64,000 nt of DNA from an uncultured Actinomycetes bacterium (GTDB lineage: Bacteria; Actinomycetota; UBA4738; JBBDTT01): NCBI GenBank assembly GCA_963742735.1, contig CAVUMN010000004.1:1344001-1408000 (forward strand), written 5' to 3'. The notes under the pieces are model-generated. The model did not search any database. It was not told where the DNA came from and was given only the letters and a program-made list of their open reading frames with translations. Numbering within the stretch: the first letter of the stretch is position 1; each line of letters begins with the position of its first letter. The position numbers and the translations under genes are program-made. Shown here in pieces: positions 1 to 12,849 of the stretch.

Positions 1-1
1 G

Positions 2-121
2 GTGATCGACGGTCTGCGCCGGATCGAGGGAATCCGCGGCCTCCACGTCATGGGCATCGGTCACGAGGAGGGCGTCCGGCGCGTGATCGAGGACGCCGGG
101 CTCCTTCCCCGGCCGGCCTGA
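2..121 (+). CDS. 3' end of probable methylenetetrahydrofolate reductase (partial)
   Basis: Manual translation VIDGLRRIEGIRGLHVMGIGHEEGVRRVIEDAGLLPRPA* resembles the MetF-family C-terminus (G.H.M). Truncated by the window edge. Confidence 0.55.
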   Translation: MIDGLRRIEGIRGLHVMGIGHEEGVRRVIEDAGLLPRPA

Positions 122-124
122 GGC

Positions 125-586
125 TCAGTCCCAGGTGCCGGCCTCGATGCGTTCCAGGCGGCGGTCGCGGGTGAGGGGGGTCTTCCCCAGGAGCTGTTCG
201 AGGGCCTCGGGCTCGTTCAGCGCCCCCGCCAGGAGGCCCGATAGGTCGCGCTGAGACACGACCCCGACGAGCTTGTCCCCGTCCAGGACGGGGAGGTGGC
301 GGATCCAGCGGTCGGCCATGATCCGGGCCGCGTCGTGCAGGCTCGTCGAGGGGTCCACGGTGACGAGGTCCCTGGACATGACCTCCGAGACCGGCGTGGA
401 CAGATCCAGGCCCTCCGCCACCGCGCGCAGCACGTCGCGCTCCGTGAGGATGCCCTGGAGGTGCTCGCCCTCCACCAGAAGGATCGAGCCGGTCTGCTGC
501 TCCCACATCCGCTTGGCCGCCTGCAGCAGGGTCTCGTCGGCCCGGTCGGTGACGGCGGCCTCGGTCATGACCTCGGAGACCTTCAT
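125..586 (-). CDS. CBS domain-pair protein
   Basis: Two CBS repeats (GILTERD; IRHLPV..GVVSQRD). Start overlaps the citrate synthase stop (ATGA). Confidence 0.9.
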   Translation of the reverse strand: MKVSEVMTEAAVTDRADETLLQAAKRMWEQQTGSILLVEGEHLQGILTERDVLRAVAEGLDLSTPVSEVMSRDLVTVDPSTSLHDAARIMADRWIRHLPVLDGDKLVGVVSQRDLSGLLAGALNEPEALEQLLGKTPLTRDRRLERIEAGTWD

Positions 587-1707
587 GCCTCACGCTCCTC
601 GACCGGGACGTAGGTCTGGTCCGTCGGGCCGATGTACTCGGAGTCGGGCCGGATGAGCCGGTTGTCGGCGTACTGCTCGCGGATGTGGGCCGTCCACCCG
701 GCGATCCGGCTCGCCGCGAACACCGGCGTGAACAGGTCGGTGGGGATCCCCAGCGAGCGGTACACGCTCGCCGCGTAGAAGTCGACGTTCGGGTACAGGC
801 CCTTCTGATCCATGACGGCCTTCTCGATGCGCTCGGAGATCTCGAACCAGCGGGTGTCGCCCGCGCTCGCGCCGAGCGATCGGGCCAGCCGCCGCAGGTG
901 CGTCGCCCGCGGGTCCTCGGTCTTGTAGACGCGGTGGCCGAACCCCATGATCCGGGCGCCCTTCTGGCCGAGCTTCTGGGAGATGTAGTCCTCGGCCTTC
1001 TCGGGGTCGTCGATCTCCTCGAGCATCTTCATCACCTGCTCGTTGGCCCCGCCGTGCAGCGGCCCCTTGAGCGCCGCCACCGCCGCGGTCGAGGAGGAAT
1101 GGATGTCGGCCAGCGTCGACGCGCACACCCGCGCCGCGAACGTCGAGGCGTTCATCGTGTGGTCGGCGTGCAGGATCAGGCAGACGTCGAGCGCGCGGGC
1201 GGCGTCCTGGTCCGGCTCCTCGCCCAGCAGCATCGCCAGGAAGTTGGCGGCGTGGGGCAGCTTCGGGTTGGGCGGCACGATGTCGTGGTTCGTGCGCATC
1301 CGGTGGTAGCTCGCGATGCGGGTGGGCAGGCGCGCGGTCAGGCGCAGGGCCTTGCGGTAGTTCGCCTCGGGTGAGGTGTCCCAGCCGTCGGGGTCGTGCG
1401 CCGACGCGGCCGAGATCGACGTCCGCACCATCGACATCGGGGAGCTCTGGGCGGCGAGCGTCTCCATCAGCCTGAGCCCGAACGGCGTCATCTCGCGGTC
1501 GTTCACGAGCGCCTCGGTGATCTCGTCGAGCTCGTCCTGGGTCGGGAGACGGCGATTGTGGAGCAGGAAGACGGTCTCCTCGAAGGTCGAGCTCTCGGCC
1601 AGGTCGTCGATGTCGTAGCCGACGTACCAGAGCTTGCCCTTGACCCCGTCGATGTCGCTGACGGAGGTCTCTGCCGCGACGACGTCCGCCAGACCCTTCT
1701 CGCTCAT
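583..1707 (-). CDS. Citrate synthase / 2-methylcitrate synthase family
   Basis: HADH.NAST, GPLHGGAN, MGFGHRVYK.DPR and PNVDF motifs. Start taken as MSEKGL (ATG 1707) inside the longer ORF. Confidence 0.92.
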   Translation of the reverse strand: MSEKGLADVVAAETSVSDIDGVKGKLWYVGYDIDDLAESSTFEETVFLLHNRRLPTQDELDEITEALVNDREMTPFGLRLMETLAAQSSPMSMVRTSISAASAHDPDGWDTSPEANYRKALRLTARLPTRIASYHRMRTNHDIVPPNPKLPHAANFLAMLLGEEPDQDAARALDVCLILHADHTMNASTFAARVCASTLADIHSSSTAAVAALKGPLHGGANEQVMKMLEEIDDPEKAEDYISQKLGQKGARIMGFGHRVYKTEDPRATHLRRLARSLGASAGDTRWFEISERIEKAVMDQKGLYPNVDFYAASVYRSLGIPTDLFTPVFAASRIAGWTAHIREQYADNRLIRPDSEYIGPTDQTYVPVEEREA

Positions 1708-1774
1708 GACCGTGGCAGAATAGCCGCCGCCCTTCAGAGGGCGCCAACCCCAACCCAAACGGGAGGTCAGCCTC

Positions 1775-2857
1775 GTGGCGTACCGAGTGACGTTCATCCC
1801 CGGCGACGGCGTCGGGCCGGAGCTCTCAGAGGCGACGCGTCGCGTGCTCGAGGCGACGGGCGTCGAATTCGACTGGGACGTGCAGGAGGCCGGCGCCGAC
1901 GTGATGGACACATTCGGCACGCCGCTGCCCGAGCCGGTGCTGGAGTCGATCCGCGCGAACGGCGTCGCGATCAAGGGCCCGATCACGACCCCGGTAGGGA
2001 CCGGGTTCCGCAGCGTGAACGTGGCACTTCGCAAGGAGCTCGACCTGTACGCCTGCCTGCGACCGTGCAAGCACTACACGGGCGTGCGCTCGCGATATGA
2101 GGACGTCGACGTCGTGATCGTCCGGGAGAACACCGAGGACCTCTACGCCGGTATCGAGTTCGAGCAGGGACTCGAGGAGACCCAGAAGCTCATCGAGTTC
2201 CTGAAGGAGCTCTCCGGCAAGGAGATCCGGGAGGACAGCGGCATCTCGATCAAGCCGATCAGCGTGACGGGGACGCGGCGGATCACCAAGTTCGCCTTCG
2301 ACTACGCCCGCAAGTACGGCCGCAAGAAGGTCACGGCCGTGCACAAGGCCAACATCATGAAGTTCTCCGACGGGCTGTTCCTGCAGACCGCGTCCGAGGT
2401 CGCGAAGGAGTACTCCGACGTCGAGTTCGAGGACCGGATCGTCGACAACCTGTCGATGCAGCTGGTCGGCCGGCCCGAGGAGTACGACGTCCTGGTCCTT
2501 CCGAACCTCTACGGCGACATCATCAGCGACCTCTGCGCGGGGCTCATCGGCGGCCTGGGCGTCGCGCCCGGCGCGAACATCGGCGACGACGTCGCGGTGT
2601 TCGAGGCCACCCACGGCAGCGCCCCGAAGTACAAGGGCCTGAACAAGGTCAACCCCATGGCGATGATGCTCTCGGGCGTCCTGATGCTCCGCCACCTCGA
2701 GGAGGACGACGCAGCCGACCGGCTGGAGGCCGCGATCGCCGCGGTCATCGCGGAGGGCAGCTCTGTTACCTACGACATGAAGCCCTCCCGCGACGACCCG
2801 ACCGCCGTCGGGACCAGCCAGGTCGCCGACGCGGTCATCGAGAAGCTGAACGCCTGA
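1775..2857 (+). CDS. icd: Isocitrate dehydrogenase (probably NADP-type)
   Basis: [39 protein letters not shown] and HGSAPKY motifs. Confidence 0.88.
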   Translation: MAYRVTFIPGDGVGPELSEATRRVLEATGVEFDWDVQEAGADVMDTFGTPLPEPVLESIRANGVAIKGPITTPVGTGFRSVNVALRKELDLYACLRPCKHYTGVRSRYEDVDVVIVRENTEDLYAGIEFEQGLEETQKLIEFLKELSGKEIREDSGISIKPISVTGTRRITKFAFDYARKYGRKKVTAVHKANIMKFSDGLFLQTASEVAKEYSDVEFEDRIVDNLSMQLVGRPEEYDVLVLPNLYGDIISDLCAGLIGGLGVAPGANIGDDVAVFEATHGSAPKYKGLNKVNPMAMMLSGVLMLRHLEEDDAADRLEAAIAAVIAEGSSVTYDMKPSRDDPTAVGTSQVADAVIEKLNA

Positions 2858-2908
2858 GCTCAGCAAGCCGAGCGTTTAGCTGCGGGTCGCGTTCGGTATG
2901 CATCGTTC

Positions 2909-3433
2909 GTGGCGAAGCAGAGCATGTCGACGATTCCCGAGGCGCCGCCGCCCGCCAGGCTGAAGCAGGCGCGGCTCGCGCGGCGCATCGGGGTCACGAT
3001 CCTCGTGTTGTTCGTGGGTACGGGGGCCCTCGGCTTCCTCGGCGTCCGCAGCGACTCCGTGTCGGCCAGTGGCGGAGGGATCACGCTCGAAGTCCAGTAC
3101 CCGAAGGTGACCCGTCCCGGGCTGGAGAGCCCGTGGGGGTTCCGGGTCAGCCAGGAGGGTGGGTTCGGCGACTCGCCGGTCACGATCGCCACGAGCCTGG
3201 CCTGGCTCAGCATGTTCGACGAGAACGGCCGCAACCCGGCGCCCTCGGCAGAGTACGTCGACGGCGACATGGTCGTGTGGGAGTTCGACCCGCCGCCGGG
3301 TGAGACGTTCACGTTCGAGTTCGATGCGCGGCTCGGGCCCTCCGTGCAGCAGGGAATGACCGCCGTCACCGAGCTCCGTGAGGGAAACGTCGCGGTCCTG
3401 TCGGTCAGCTACACCATGCGGGTGATGCCCTGA
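2909..3433 (+). CDS. Hypothetical single-TM membrane protein
   Basis: One hydrophobic helix followed by a beta-rich domain. Coupled (TGATG) to the DUF421 gene. Confidence 0.7.
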   Translation: MAKQSMSTIPEAPPPARLKQARLARRIGVTILVLFVGTGALGFLGVRSDSVSASGGGITLEVQYPKVTRPGLESPWGFRVSQEGGFGDSPVTIATSLAWLSMFDENGRNPAPSAEYVDGDMVVWEFDPPPGETFTFEFDARLGPSVQQGMTAVTELREGNVAVLSVSYTMRVMP

Positions 3434-3909
3434 TGGAGATCGTCGTCCGGTCGACCGTCATCTTCTTCTTCCTGTACGTGCTCACCCGGATCATGGGGAA
3501 GCGCGAGCTCGCGCAGCTCTCCGCGTTCGAGCTGATCCTGCTGGTGACGATCGGCGACTTGGTGCAGCAGGGCGTGACGCAGGAGGACATGTCGCTGACC
3601 GGCAACATGCTCGCCGTCGGCACGATCGGCGTGTGGATCCTGCTGCTGTCGTACCTGAGCTACAAGTTCAAGCGAGCCCGCACCGTGCTCGAGGGGGCCC
3701 CGGTGGTCATCGTTCGAGACGGTCAGATCCTCGAGGACTCCCTGCACATCGAGCGGCTCACCGACGACGAGGTCCTGGCCGAGGCCCGCGAGCAGGGGAT
3801 CGACGACCTGTCGAAGGTGCGCGTGGGGATCCTGGAGGCGGACGGGAAGTTCTCGTTCATCCAGGATCCGCCGAAACAGCACGAGGAAGAGGAGCAGACC
3901 GCGTCCTGA
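3433..3909 (+). CDS. DUF421/YetF family membrane protein
   Basis: R.MGKRELAQLS.FE, three TM helices, and the G.LE.DG.FS motif. Confidence 0.9.
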   Translation: MEIVVRSTVIFFFLYVLTRIMGKRELAQLSAFELILLVTIGDLVQQGVTQEDMSLTGNMLAVGTIGVWILLLSYLSYKFKRARTVLEGAPVVIVRDGQILEDSLHIERLTDDEVLAEAREQGIDDLSKVRVGILEADGKFSFIQDPPKQHEEEEQTAS

Positions 3910-3915
3910 TCCTCG

Positions 3916-4317
3916 CTAGAGGATCGTGCCGCCGATGATCGCCCGGATCTCGGTGATCGTGGAGGCCTCGTTGGCGAAGACGATCCAGTTGGCGTCCTCG
4001 AGAAGCGTCCCGGGGTCGTCCTCGGGCGGAACGGCGGCGGTGAACTCCGCCAGGCCGGATGCCTGCGCGTCGGTGTCCTCGAAGATGATCACGCTGTAGG
4101 CGTCGCAGTCGCTCTCGGTGCCGCCGAACGAGTCGCCGAGCTCCTCGAGCTCGCCGCCACAGGACACGCCGCCCCCCTCCAGGGCCGCCACCAGGTCGGC
4201 GCCGGTCGCGAACGTCCGTGGGCCGGCCGCGGTGGGCGAGGGGTCGTCACCGCCGCCTCCGCCGCAGGCGGCGAGGGTCAGCGAGAGCATCAGGACGAGC
4301 GGGAGAACACGTCGCAT
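3916..4317 (-). CDS. Hypothetical lipoprotein
   Basis: Signal peptide with LAAC lipobox and an acidic mature part. RBS AAGGAGG. Confidence 0.75.
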   Translation of the reverse strand: MRRVLPLVLMLSLTLAACGGGGGDDPSPTAAGPRTFATGADLVAALEGGGVSCGGELEELGDSFGGTESDCDAYSVIIFEDTDAQASGLAEFTAAVPPEDDPGTLLEDANWIVFANEASTITEIRAIIGGTIL

Positions 4318-4359
4318 CGGGGCCTCCTTCGGGGCGCGAGAGCGGGTCAGTCTAGACGG

Positions 4360-4506
4360 CTACTTCGCCAGGCCGAGGAACTTGAGCTCGAACCGTCGGT
4401 TGCAGGCGAGGCAGACGTACTGGCGCTCCTCCTCGTCCGGCCGCAGCTCCTCCTCGCCGCAGTACGGGCAGTTGAACGGCTGAGCCCGGCCGGTGCCCTC
4501 AGCCAC
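4360..4506 (-). CDS. 48-aa CxxC...CxxC zinc-ribbon protein (not in ORF track)
   Basis: Manual translation MAEGTGRAQPFNCPYCGEEELRPDEEERQYVCLACNRRFELKFLGLAK*. GTG start overlaps the reductase 3' end. Confidence 0.75.
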   Translation of the reverse strand: MAEGTGRAQPFNCPYCGEEELRPDEEERQYVCLACNRRFELKFLGLAK

Positions 4507-6163
4507 GGGCGGCGGCGACCACGGACTCGCGCTCGGGCATCTCCAGTCCGTTGATCCACGAGGAGAAATCCTGGCCCTCGTCCCGATGCTCCAGCCACGT
4601 GCCGACCAGGCCGGAGACGAACCTGGGCAGGTCCTGGCCGGCCACGCGCAGCCCCTTGACCTTCGTGCCGAACTGGTGCTCGCCCCCGAGCTTCCCGCCC
4701 AGGTGGACCTGGAACCCCTCGATGCGCTCGCCCTCCTTCGACTGGACGAGGGAGCCCATCAGGCCGATGTCGGCGAGCTGGTAGCGCGCGCACGAGTTGG
4801 GGCAGCCGTTCAGGTTGATGCGAACGCGGTCGTGGATCCCCGGCAGCAACCGGTCGAGCTCGTCGATGAGCCACTTGGCACGTGCCTTGGTGTCGACCAC
4901 GGCCAGCTTGCAGAACTCGATGCCGGTGCAGGCCATGGTCGAGGCGCGGAAGGCACTGGGCCGCGCGGGGAGGCCGTAGTCGTCGAGCGCCGTCACGAGG
5001 GGCTCGACGTCCTCCTCGGGCACGTCGAGGATGAGCATCTTCTGCTGGGTCGTGGTGCGGATCCGGCCGCGGCCGAAGCGCCGGGCCAGGCCGGCGACGC
5101 GGACGAGCTGCGTCCCGCTGATCCGCCCGGCCATCGGCGCGAACCCGACCGCGAAGCGGCCGTCCGCCTGCCGGGTGATGCCGAGGTGCTCGCGGTGCGC
5201 GGTGTCGGACTCGGGAGCCGGGGGGCCGTCCTCGAGGGGCCTGGTCAGGTAGACCTCCTCGAGGGTCTCCCGGAACTTCTCCGGTCCCCAGTCGGCCATC
5301 AGGAACTTCAGGCGGGCGTGGGTGCGCGACCGTCGGTAGCCGTAGTCGCGGAACAGGCTGCAGATCCCCACCGTGGTCTCGACGACCCGCTCGGGAGGGA
5401 CGAAGGCGCCGAGCCGCTGCGCGAAGTGCGGCTGGGGCCCGAGACCGCCCCCGACCCACAGGTCGAACCCGACCCGGCCGTCGTCGAGCTCGATCCCGAC
5501 GAGTCCTACGTCCATGATCTCGTGGACGCCGCACTGGTCGCGGCACCCGGAGATCGAGATCTTGAACTTGCGAGGGAGGTTCGAGAACTCCTTGGTCCCG
5601 GTGATCCGCCGGTTCACGGCCAGCACGTAGGGCGTCGCGTCGATGAGCTCGTCGTCGGCGATCCCGGCCAGCGGGCAGCCCAGGATGTTGCGGGGGACGT
5701 CGCCGCAGGCCTCCTGGGTGGTGAGCTGGACGGCGGCCAGCTTCGCCCACACGTCGGGGACGCTCTCGATCGTGATGTTGTGGAGCTGGACGTTCTGGCG
5801 ATCGGTGACGTCGGCCACGTCGCCGCCGTACTGCTGGCTGATGCGGCCGATGGCCTCGACCTGGTCGCCGGTGAGCACGCCGCCCGGGATCCGGATCCGC
5901 ATCATGAACAGCCCGTCCTCCTCGGGGCGCTGCGTGTACAGGCCGTACCAGCGGTACCGGACGTTCAGGTCCTGGGGCATGATCGACCGGAACCCCTCCT
6001 TGGCGTGAAGGGTCACGATGCGGTCGTAGACGTCGAGGGCGTCCTGGTCGCGCTTGACGCGCTCGGCGGGCGTCTGGGGCTCGTAGTACCCCATCGCCCA
6101 CTGCGACTCGGAGCGTCGCCGAGCCCCCTTGCGCGGCGCCGCCCCCGGGATCTGCTCTGCCAC
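4499..6163 (-). CDS. Ferredoxin-dependent sulfite/nitrite reductase (SirA/NirA type)
   Basis: Y.WYGLYTQR, TDRQNVQLH, LPRKFK, and siroheme/Fe-S Cys motifs CTGIEFC and GCPNSC. Start GTG 6163 follows GGAGG. Confidence 0.9.
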   Translation of the reverse strand: MAEQIPGAAPRKGARRRSESQWAMGYYEPQTPAERVKRDQDALDVYDRIVTLHAKEGFRSIMPQDLNVRYRWYGLYTQRPEEDGLFMMRIRIPGGVLTGDQVEAIGRISQQYGGDVADVTDRQNVQLHNITIESVPDVWAKLAAVQLTTQEACGDVPRNILGCPLAGIADDELIDATPYVLAVNRRITGTKEFSNLPRKFKISISGCRDQCGVHEIMDVGLVGIELDDGRVGFDLWVGGGLGPQPHFAQRLGAFVPPERVVETTVGICSLFRDYGYRRSRTHARLKFLMADWGPEKFRETLEEVYLTRPLEDGPPAPESDTAHREHLGITRQADGRFAVGFAPMAGRISGTQLVRVAGLARRFGRGRIRTTTQQKMLILDVPEEDVEPLVTALDDYGLPARPSAFRASTMACTGIEFCKLAVVDTKARAKWLIDELDRLLPGIHDRVRINLNGCPNSCARYQLADIGLMGSLVQSKEGERIEGFQVHLGGKLGGEHQFGTKVKGLRVAGQDLPRFVSGLVGTWLEHRDEGQDFSSWINGLEMPERESVVAAARG

Positions 6164-6264
6164 GGTGCCTCCCGGGAGAAGCGGTGAACCGCAAATCCTA
6201 CTGGGACGATGGGGAATTGCAACTGCGAACGTCTCGCTCCGCTGTTCGACCGGAGCGTCAGTAG

Positions 6265-8431
<2,167 letters not shown>

Positions 8432-8440
8432 GATGCGTTC

Positions 8441-11400
8441 GTGAAACGGTGTCCGAACTGCGGCGAGGAGAATCCGGCCCGGGCCCGCTTCTGCCTCCAG
8501 TGTGCGTCGCCGCTCGCCGAGGAGAACCCCGCCCCGGCGGGCGACGTCCGCAAGGTCGTGACGGTGGTGTTCGCCGATGTGACCGGCTCGACGGCCCTGG
8601 GCGAGAAGCTGGACCCAGAGACCCTCCGCCGCGTGATGGGCCGCTTCTTCGACGAGATGGCCGCCGTGATCGAGCGCCACGGTGGCACCGTCGAGAAGTT
8701 CATCGGCGACGCGGTGATGGCCGTGTTCGGCATCCCGCAGCTCCACGAGGACGACGCGCTCCGCGCGGTTCGAGCCGCGGACGAGATGCGTGGCGCGCTG
8801 ACGGGGCTGAACGTCGACCTGGAGCGCGAGCACGGGACGGGGCTGGCGGCCCGGATCGGCGTGAACACGGGCGAGGTCGTGGCCGGCGACCCCTCGGCCG
8901 GGCAGCGCCTGGTCACGGGTGACGCCGTCAACGTGGCGGCCCGCCTGGAGCAGGCGGCCGAGCGCCGGGCGAGATCCTCCTCGGAGAGTCCGACCCACCG
9001 GCTCGTCAAGGACGCCGTGGGAGTCGAGCCCGTCGACCCCCTCGACCTCAAGGGGAAGGAGCGACCCGGTACCCGCCGTCCGGTTGTTGACGGTGTACGC
9101 CGACACGGCGGGACACGAACGACACCTGGACTCGCCGATGGTCGGCCGGGGCAAGGAGCTCGATCTGCTCGAGCGGGCTCTCGAGCGGGCCGTCACGGAT
9201 CGCACCTCGCAGCTGTTCACCGTCATGGGCCCGGCCGGCGTCGGCAAGTCCCGGCTCGTCGCGGAGTTCCTGCGCGGATCGGCGGGCTCCGCGACGATCC
9301 TGCGCGGCCGGTGCTTGTCCTATGGCGAGGGCATCACGTTCTACCCACTGGCCGAGGTGATCCACCAGGCGGCCGGGATCGCCGAGGAGGACACCGCCGC
9401 CGCGGCCCGGGACCGGCTCGATGTGCTGCTCGCCGGCGCGCCGGATGGCGACCGGATCGCGGGCCTCGTGGCCGGGCTGTTCGGGTGGGCGGAGCCCGGC
9501 GCCACCGAGGACGCATTCTGGGGAGTGCGGAAGCTTCTCGAGCATGTCGCCGCCGAGCGGCCGCTGGTGGTCGTCTTCGACGACATCCACTGGGCCGAGC
9601 CGACGTTCCTGGATCTGATCGAGCACCTCGCCGACTGGACGCGGGATGCCGCGGTGCTGCTGGTGTGCATCGCCCGGCAGGAGCTGCTCGAGGTCCGCCC
9701 CGGCTGGGGCGGCGGGAAGATGAACGCGACGTCCATCCTCCTCGAGCCGCTCCCGGGCGACGAGGCGTCCCAGCTGGTGGACAACCTGCTGGGGCGCGCC
9801 GAGATCCCCGAAGCGGCGCGGGCGCGGATCCTCGAGGCCGCCGAGGGCAACCCCCTGTTCGTCGAGGAGATGCTGGCGATGCTCATCGACGACGGGCTGC
9901 TCCGGTTCGAGGAGGGGGCGTGGCGATCCGTCGAGGACCTGGAGAACGTGACCGTCCCGCCGACGATCCACCTCCTGCTCGCGGCACGCCTCGATCGCCT
10001 GGATTCCGAGGAACGAGCCGTGATCGAGCGGGGAGCCGTGGAGGGCAAGGTCTTCCACGCGGGCGCCGTGACCACGCTCAGCTCCGAGGGCGCCCGGCCA
10101 AACGTTCGGTCGCGGCTCCTGGCGCTGGCCCGCAAGGAGCTGATCCGGCCGGACCGGCCCGAGTTCGCCGGCGAGGACGCGTTCCGCTTCCGGCACCTGC
10201 TGATCCGCGACGCCGCCTACCAGGCGATGCCGAAGGAGCAGCGTGCCAACCTCCACGAGCGGTTCGCGGAGTGGCTCACCGGCGCCGCCGGCGAGCGGCT
10301 CGCCGAATACGAGGAGATCCTCGGTCATCACCTCGAGCAGGCGTACCGGTACCGGGCCGAGCTCGGGGCTGTCGACGAGGGCACGCGCGAGCTCGCTCGC
10401 CGAGCCAGCGAGCATCTGCATGCCTGTGGCCTCAGGGCGGCCGAGCGTGACGACCAACCCTCGGCCCTCGCCTTCCTGGAGCGTGCGGCGGACCTCGTGG
10501 AGGGAGAAGGACGCGCCCGCGCGCTGGTCCTGCTCAGCGAGGTGCTCGACGACCTTCTCGACTTCCGACGTGCGAAGGAGGCGGCGGAGGCCGCGACTGG
10601 GGCGGCCGAGGCGATCGACGATCGCCGGCTCGCCCTTCGCGCCGCTCTGGTTCGCATCAACGCGATGGGCCAGCTCGATCCCACCTTCACGGTGGCCCGC
10701 GCACTGCGTGAGGCGGAGGCGGCCCGTGCCGAGCTGGACTCGCTCGGGGACGAGGAGGGCCGGGATCGCGCGCTCATCCTGGAGGCGCGGCTCTGGTTCT
10801 TCCTCGGACGGTCCGCGCGATCGCTGGAGATGGCAACCGGCCTGCTCGAGCGCGGCCGCATCCCGCCGCGGTCTCGACGGGCGCTGGTGAACGAGGCCTC
10901 CGGCGCGCTGTACTTCGGCCCCCAGCCGGTCGAGGAGGCCTTCGAGGCGCTCGAGCGCGCCGCAGCGAACGTCGGCCCGAGCGTCGGGGCCGAGGCCCGG
11001 ATCCAGAAGACGATGTGCGGGTTGCTCGGGATGGCCGGCCGCTTCGACGAGGCTCGAGCAGCAGCACGTCGCTCGAGCGAGCTCTTCGCCGAGCTCGGGA
11101 CCCCGATGCGAGATGTCCTGTCGAACCAGATCGTGGCGGAGACCGAACGGCTCGCCGGCGAGTTCGAGGCCGCGGAGCGAATCTTCCGCGCGTCCCACGA
11201 GGCCTTCGAGACGATCGGGGAGACCGGATTCAACTCGACGGTTTGCGGCCGCCTGGCCGAGGTCCTGTGCGACCTGGAGCGCTACGACGAGGCCGACGAG
11301 TTCGCGGAGCGCAGCCGCACCATGGCGGCCGAGGACGACTTCGCGTCCCAGGCGGTGTGGCGCCAGGCTCGCGCGCTCGTGCTCGCGCACCGCGGCGACC

Positions 11401-11630
11401 ACGACGGCGCGCTGGCCCTCGCGGACGAGTCGGTCGCCATCAACGAGACGACCGACTACGTGGCCTGGCAGGGGGATGCCCTGGAGGCGAGGGGGCGCGT
11501 CCTCGCGGCGGCGGGGCGGCTCGACGAGGCGCGACGGACCTATGGGGACGCGCTGGATCGTTACGACCGCAAGGGGGTCCTTCCCTCGATCGAACGGCTC
11601 CGCAACCGGATCGCCGCGCTGGACGCCTAG
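8441..11630 (+). CDS. Zn-ribbon/class III adenylate-guanylate cyclase/AAA ATPase/TPR protein, frameshifted near 8960-9075
   Basis: CPNC..CLQC, VFADVTGST, KFIGDAVM and GDAVNVAARL in one frame. Walker A GPAGVGKS, FDDIHWA, GNPLF and TPR helices in the next. Confidence 0.88.
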
Positions 11631-11917
11631 GCGGTCCAGTCCAGGAGGACGTCCCCGAGCCAGGCCACCAGCAGCCAGACGCCCAGGAACGCGAACGGTG
11701 TCATCAGGACTAGGGCCGGGCGTGCCCGGCCGCGGATGGCTACCGCCACGGCCACGATCCACAGGAGGGCCACGACCGCGACGCCGTAGACCGGCATGAT
11801 CAATCCGCTGACGACCACCAGCGCCCCGCCGGCCAGCAGCAGGAGGAACCCCAGGACCACGGCGATGCGTTCGATCCCAGACGGCTCGTTCGTCTCCGTG
11901 TGCCCTTCCTCCCTCAC
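11627..11917 (-). CDS. Small 3-TM membrane protein
   Basis: Hydrophobic C-terminal part of ORF 11627..12715. GTGA coupling to the upstream GNAT stop. Confidence 0.7.
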   Translation of the reverse strand: MREEGHTETNEPSGIERIAVVLGFLLLLAGGALVVVSGLIMPVYGVAVVALLWIVAVAVAIRGRARPALVLMTPFAFLGVWLLVAWLGDVLLDWTA

Positions 11918-12849
11918 GGCTCGAGCCGCTTCTCGTAGAAGTCGAACCGGAACTTCGAGCGCATCCCGACGCGCTCGTACAGCCGCGTGGCGCCGGTGGT
12001 GTTCTCCGAGTCGACCGACAGGACGGCTTCCGGCGCGCCCCTGGAGGCGAACCGCGCGAAGGAGGTCCGGAGCAGGGCGGCGCCCAGCCCACGGCCTCGC
12101 CAGGCCGGCCGTACGCCGAGCTCGGCGATCCAGCCTCGGTCGCCGGTCATGCGGGCGGCGAGCACCCCCGCGACCGTGCCGTCGTCCTCCGCGATCACCC
12201 ACAGGCTGGGGTCGAACTCCGCGCCCCTCAGGAAGTCCTGCGACCACTCCTCGAACGGCGCCACCGGCGTTCCCCAGTGGTCCACGAACGCCTCCACGAG
12301 CGCGGCGTGCGCGGCGTGTCCGTCCACGGCCGGATGGAAGGCCCGAAGCCGGATGCCGTGCGGCGGCTCGGGCTCGGACTCGTCCCCCGTGAGGTCGATG
12401 GCCATCCGCCAGAAGTAGCGAACCGGCGCCAGGCCCGCCTCCCGAAGCAGGGCCGCCCCCTCGCGCTCGGACTCGTAGATCGCGACGCGAAGGGTGCGCT
12501 CGCCCCCGGCCTCGGCCAGCCGCTCGCGCGCGCGGGCCTCGATGCGCCCGAGGAGGTAGCCGTACAGGTGGGCGTGGTCGGGATGCGGCGCGGCCCAGCC
12601 GACGACCTTCGCCCCAGGCTCGGACTCCCACACGTACGCGTACCCGGCCACGGTCCCGTCGGGGCCGATCACCAGCACGGGGTCCGTCTCCAGCTCGAAC
12701 CGCGGCCGCCCCCACTCGTCGGCGAGGTCCTCCTCGTGGTAGTCGACCTCGCCGATGAGGGAGCGGTCGGACGCCGCCATCACCTCCACGATCGCGCCGC
12801 GATCGCCGGTGGTGACCGGCCGGGTGGTGTAGCCGTCGGGCAGGTTCAC
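11914..12849 (-). CDS. Tandem GNAT acetyltransferase (MshD-like fold)
   Basis: LGVRPAWRGRGLG and ENTTGATRLYERVGM motifs. GTG 12849 overlaps the methyltransferase stop. Confidence 0.85.
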   Translation of the reverse strand: MNLPDGYTTRPVTTGDRGAIVEVMAASDRSLIGEVDYHEEDLADEWGRPRFELETDPVLVIGPDGTVAGYAYVWESEPGAKVVGWAAPHPDHAHLYGYLLGRIEARARERLAEAGGERTLRVAIYESEREGAALLREAGLAPVRYFWRMAIDLTGDESEPEPPHGIRLRAFHPAVDGHAAHAALVEAFVDHWGTPVAPFEEWSQDFLRGAEFDPSLWVIAEDDGTVAGVLAARMTGDRGWIAELGVRPAWRGRGLGAALLRTSFARFASRGAPEAVLSVDSENTTGATRLYERVGMRSKFRFDFYEKRLEP

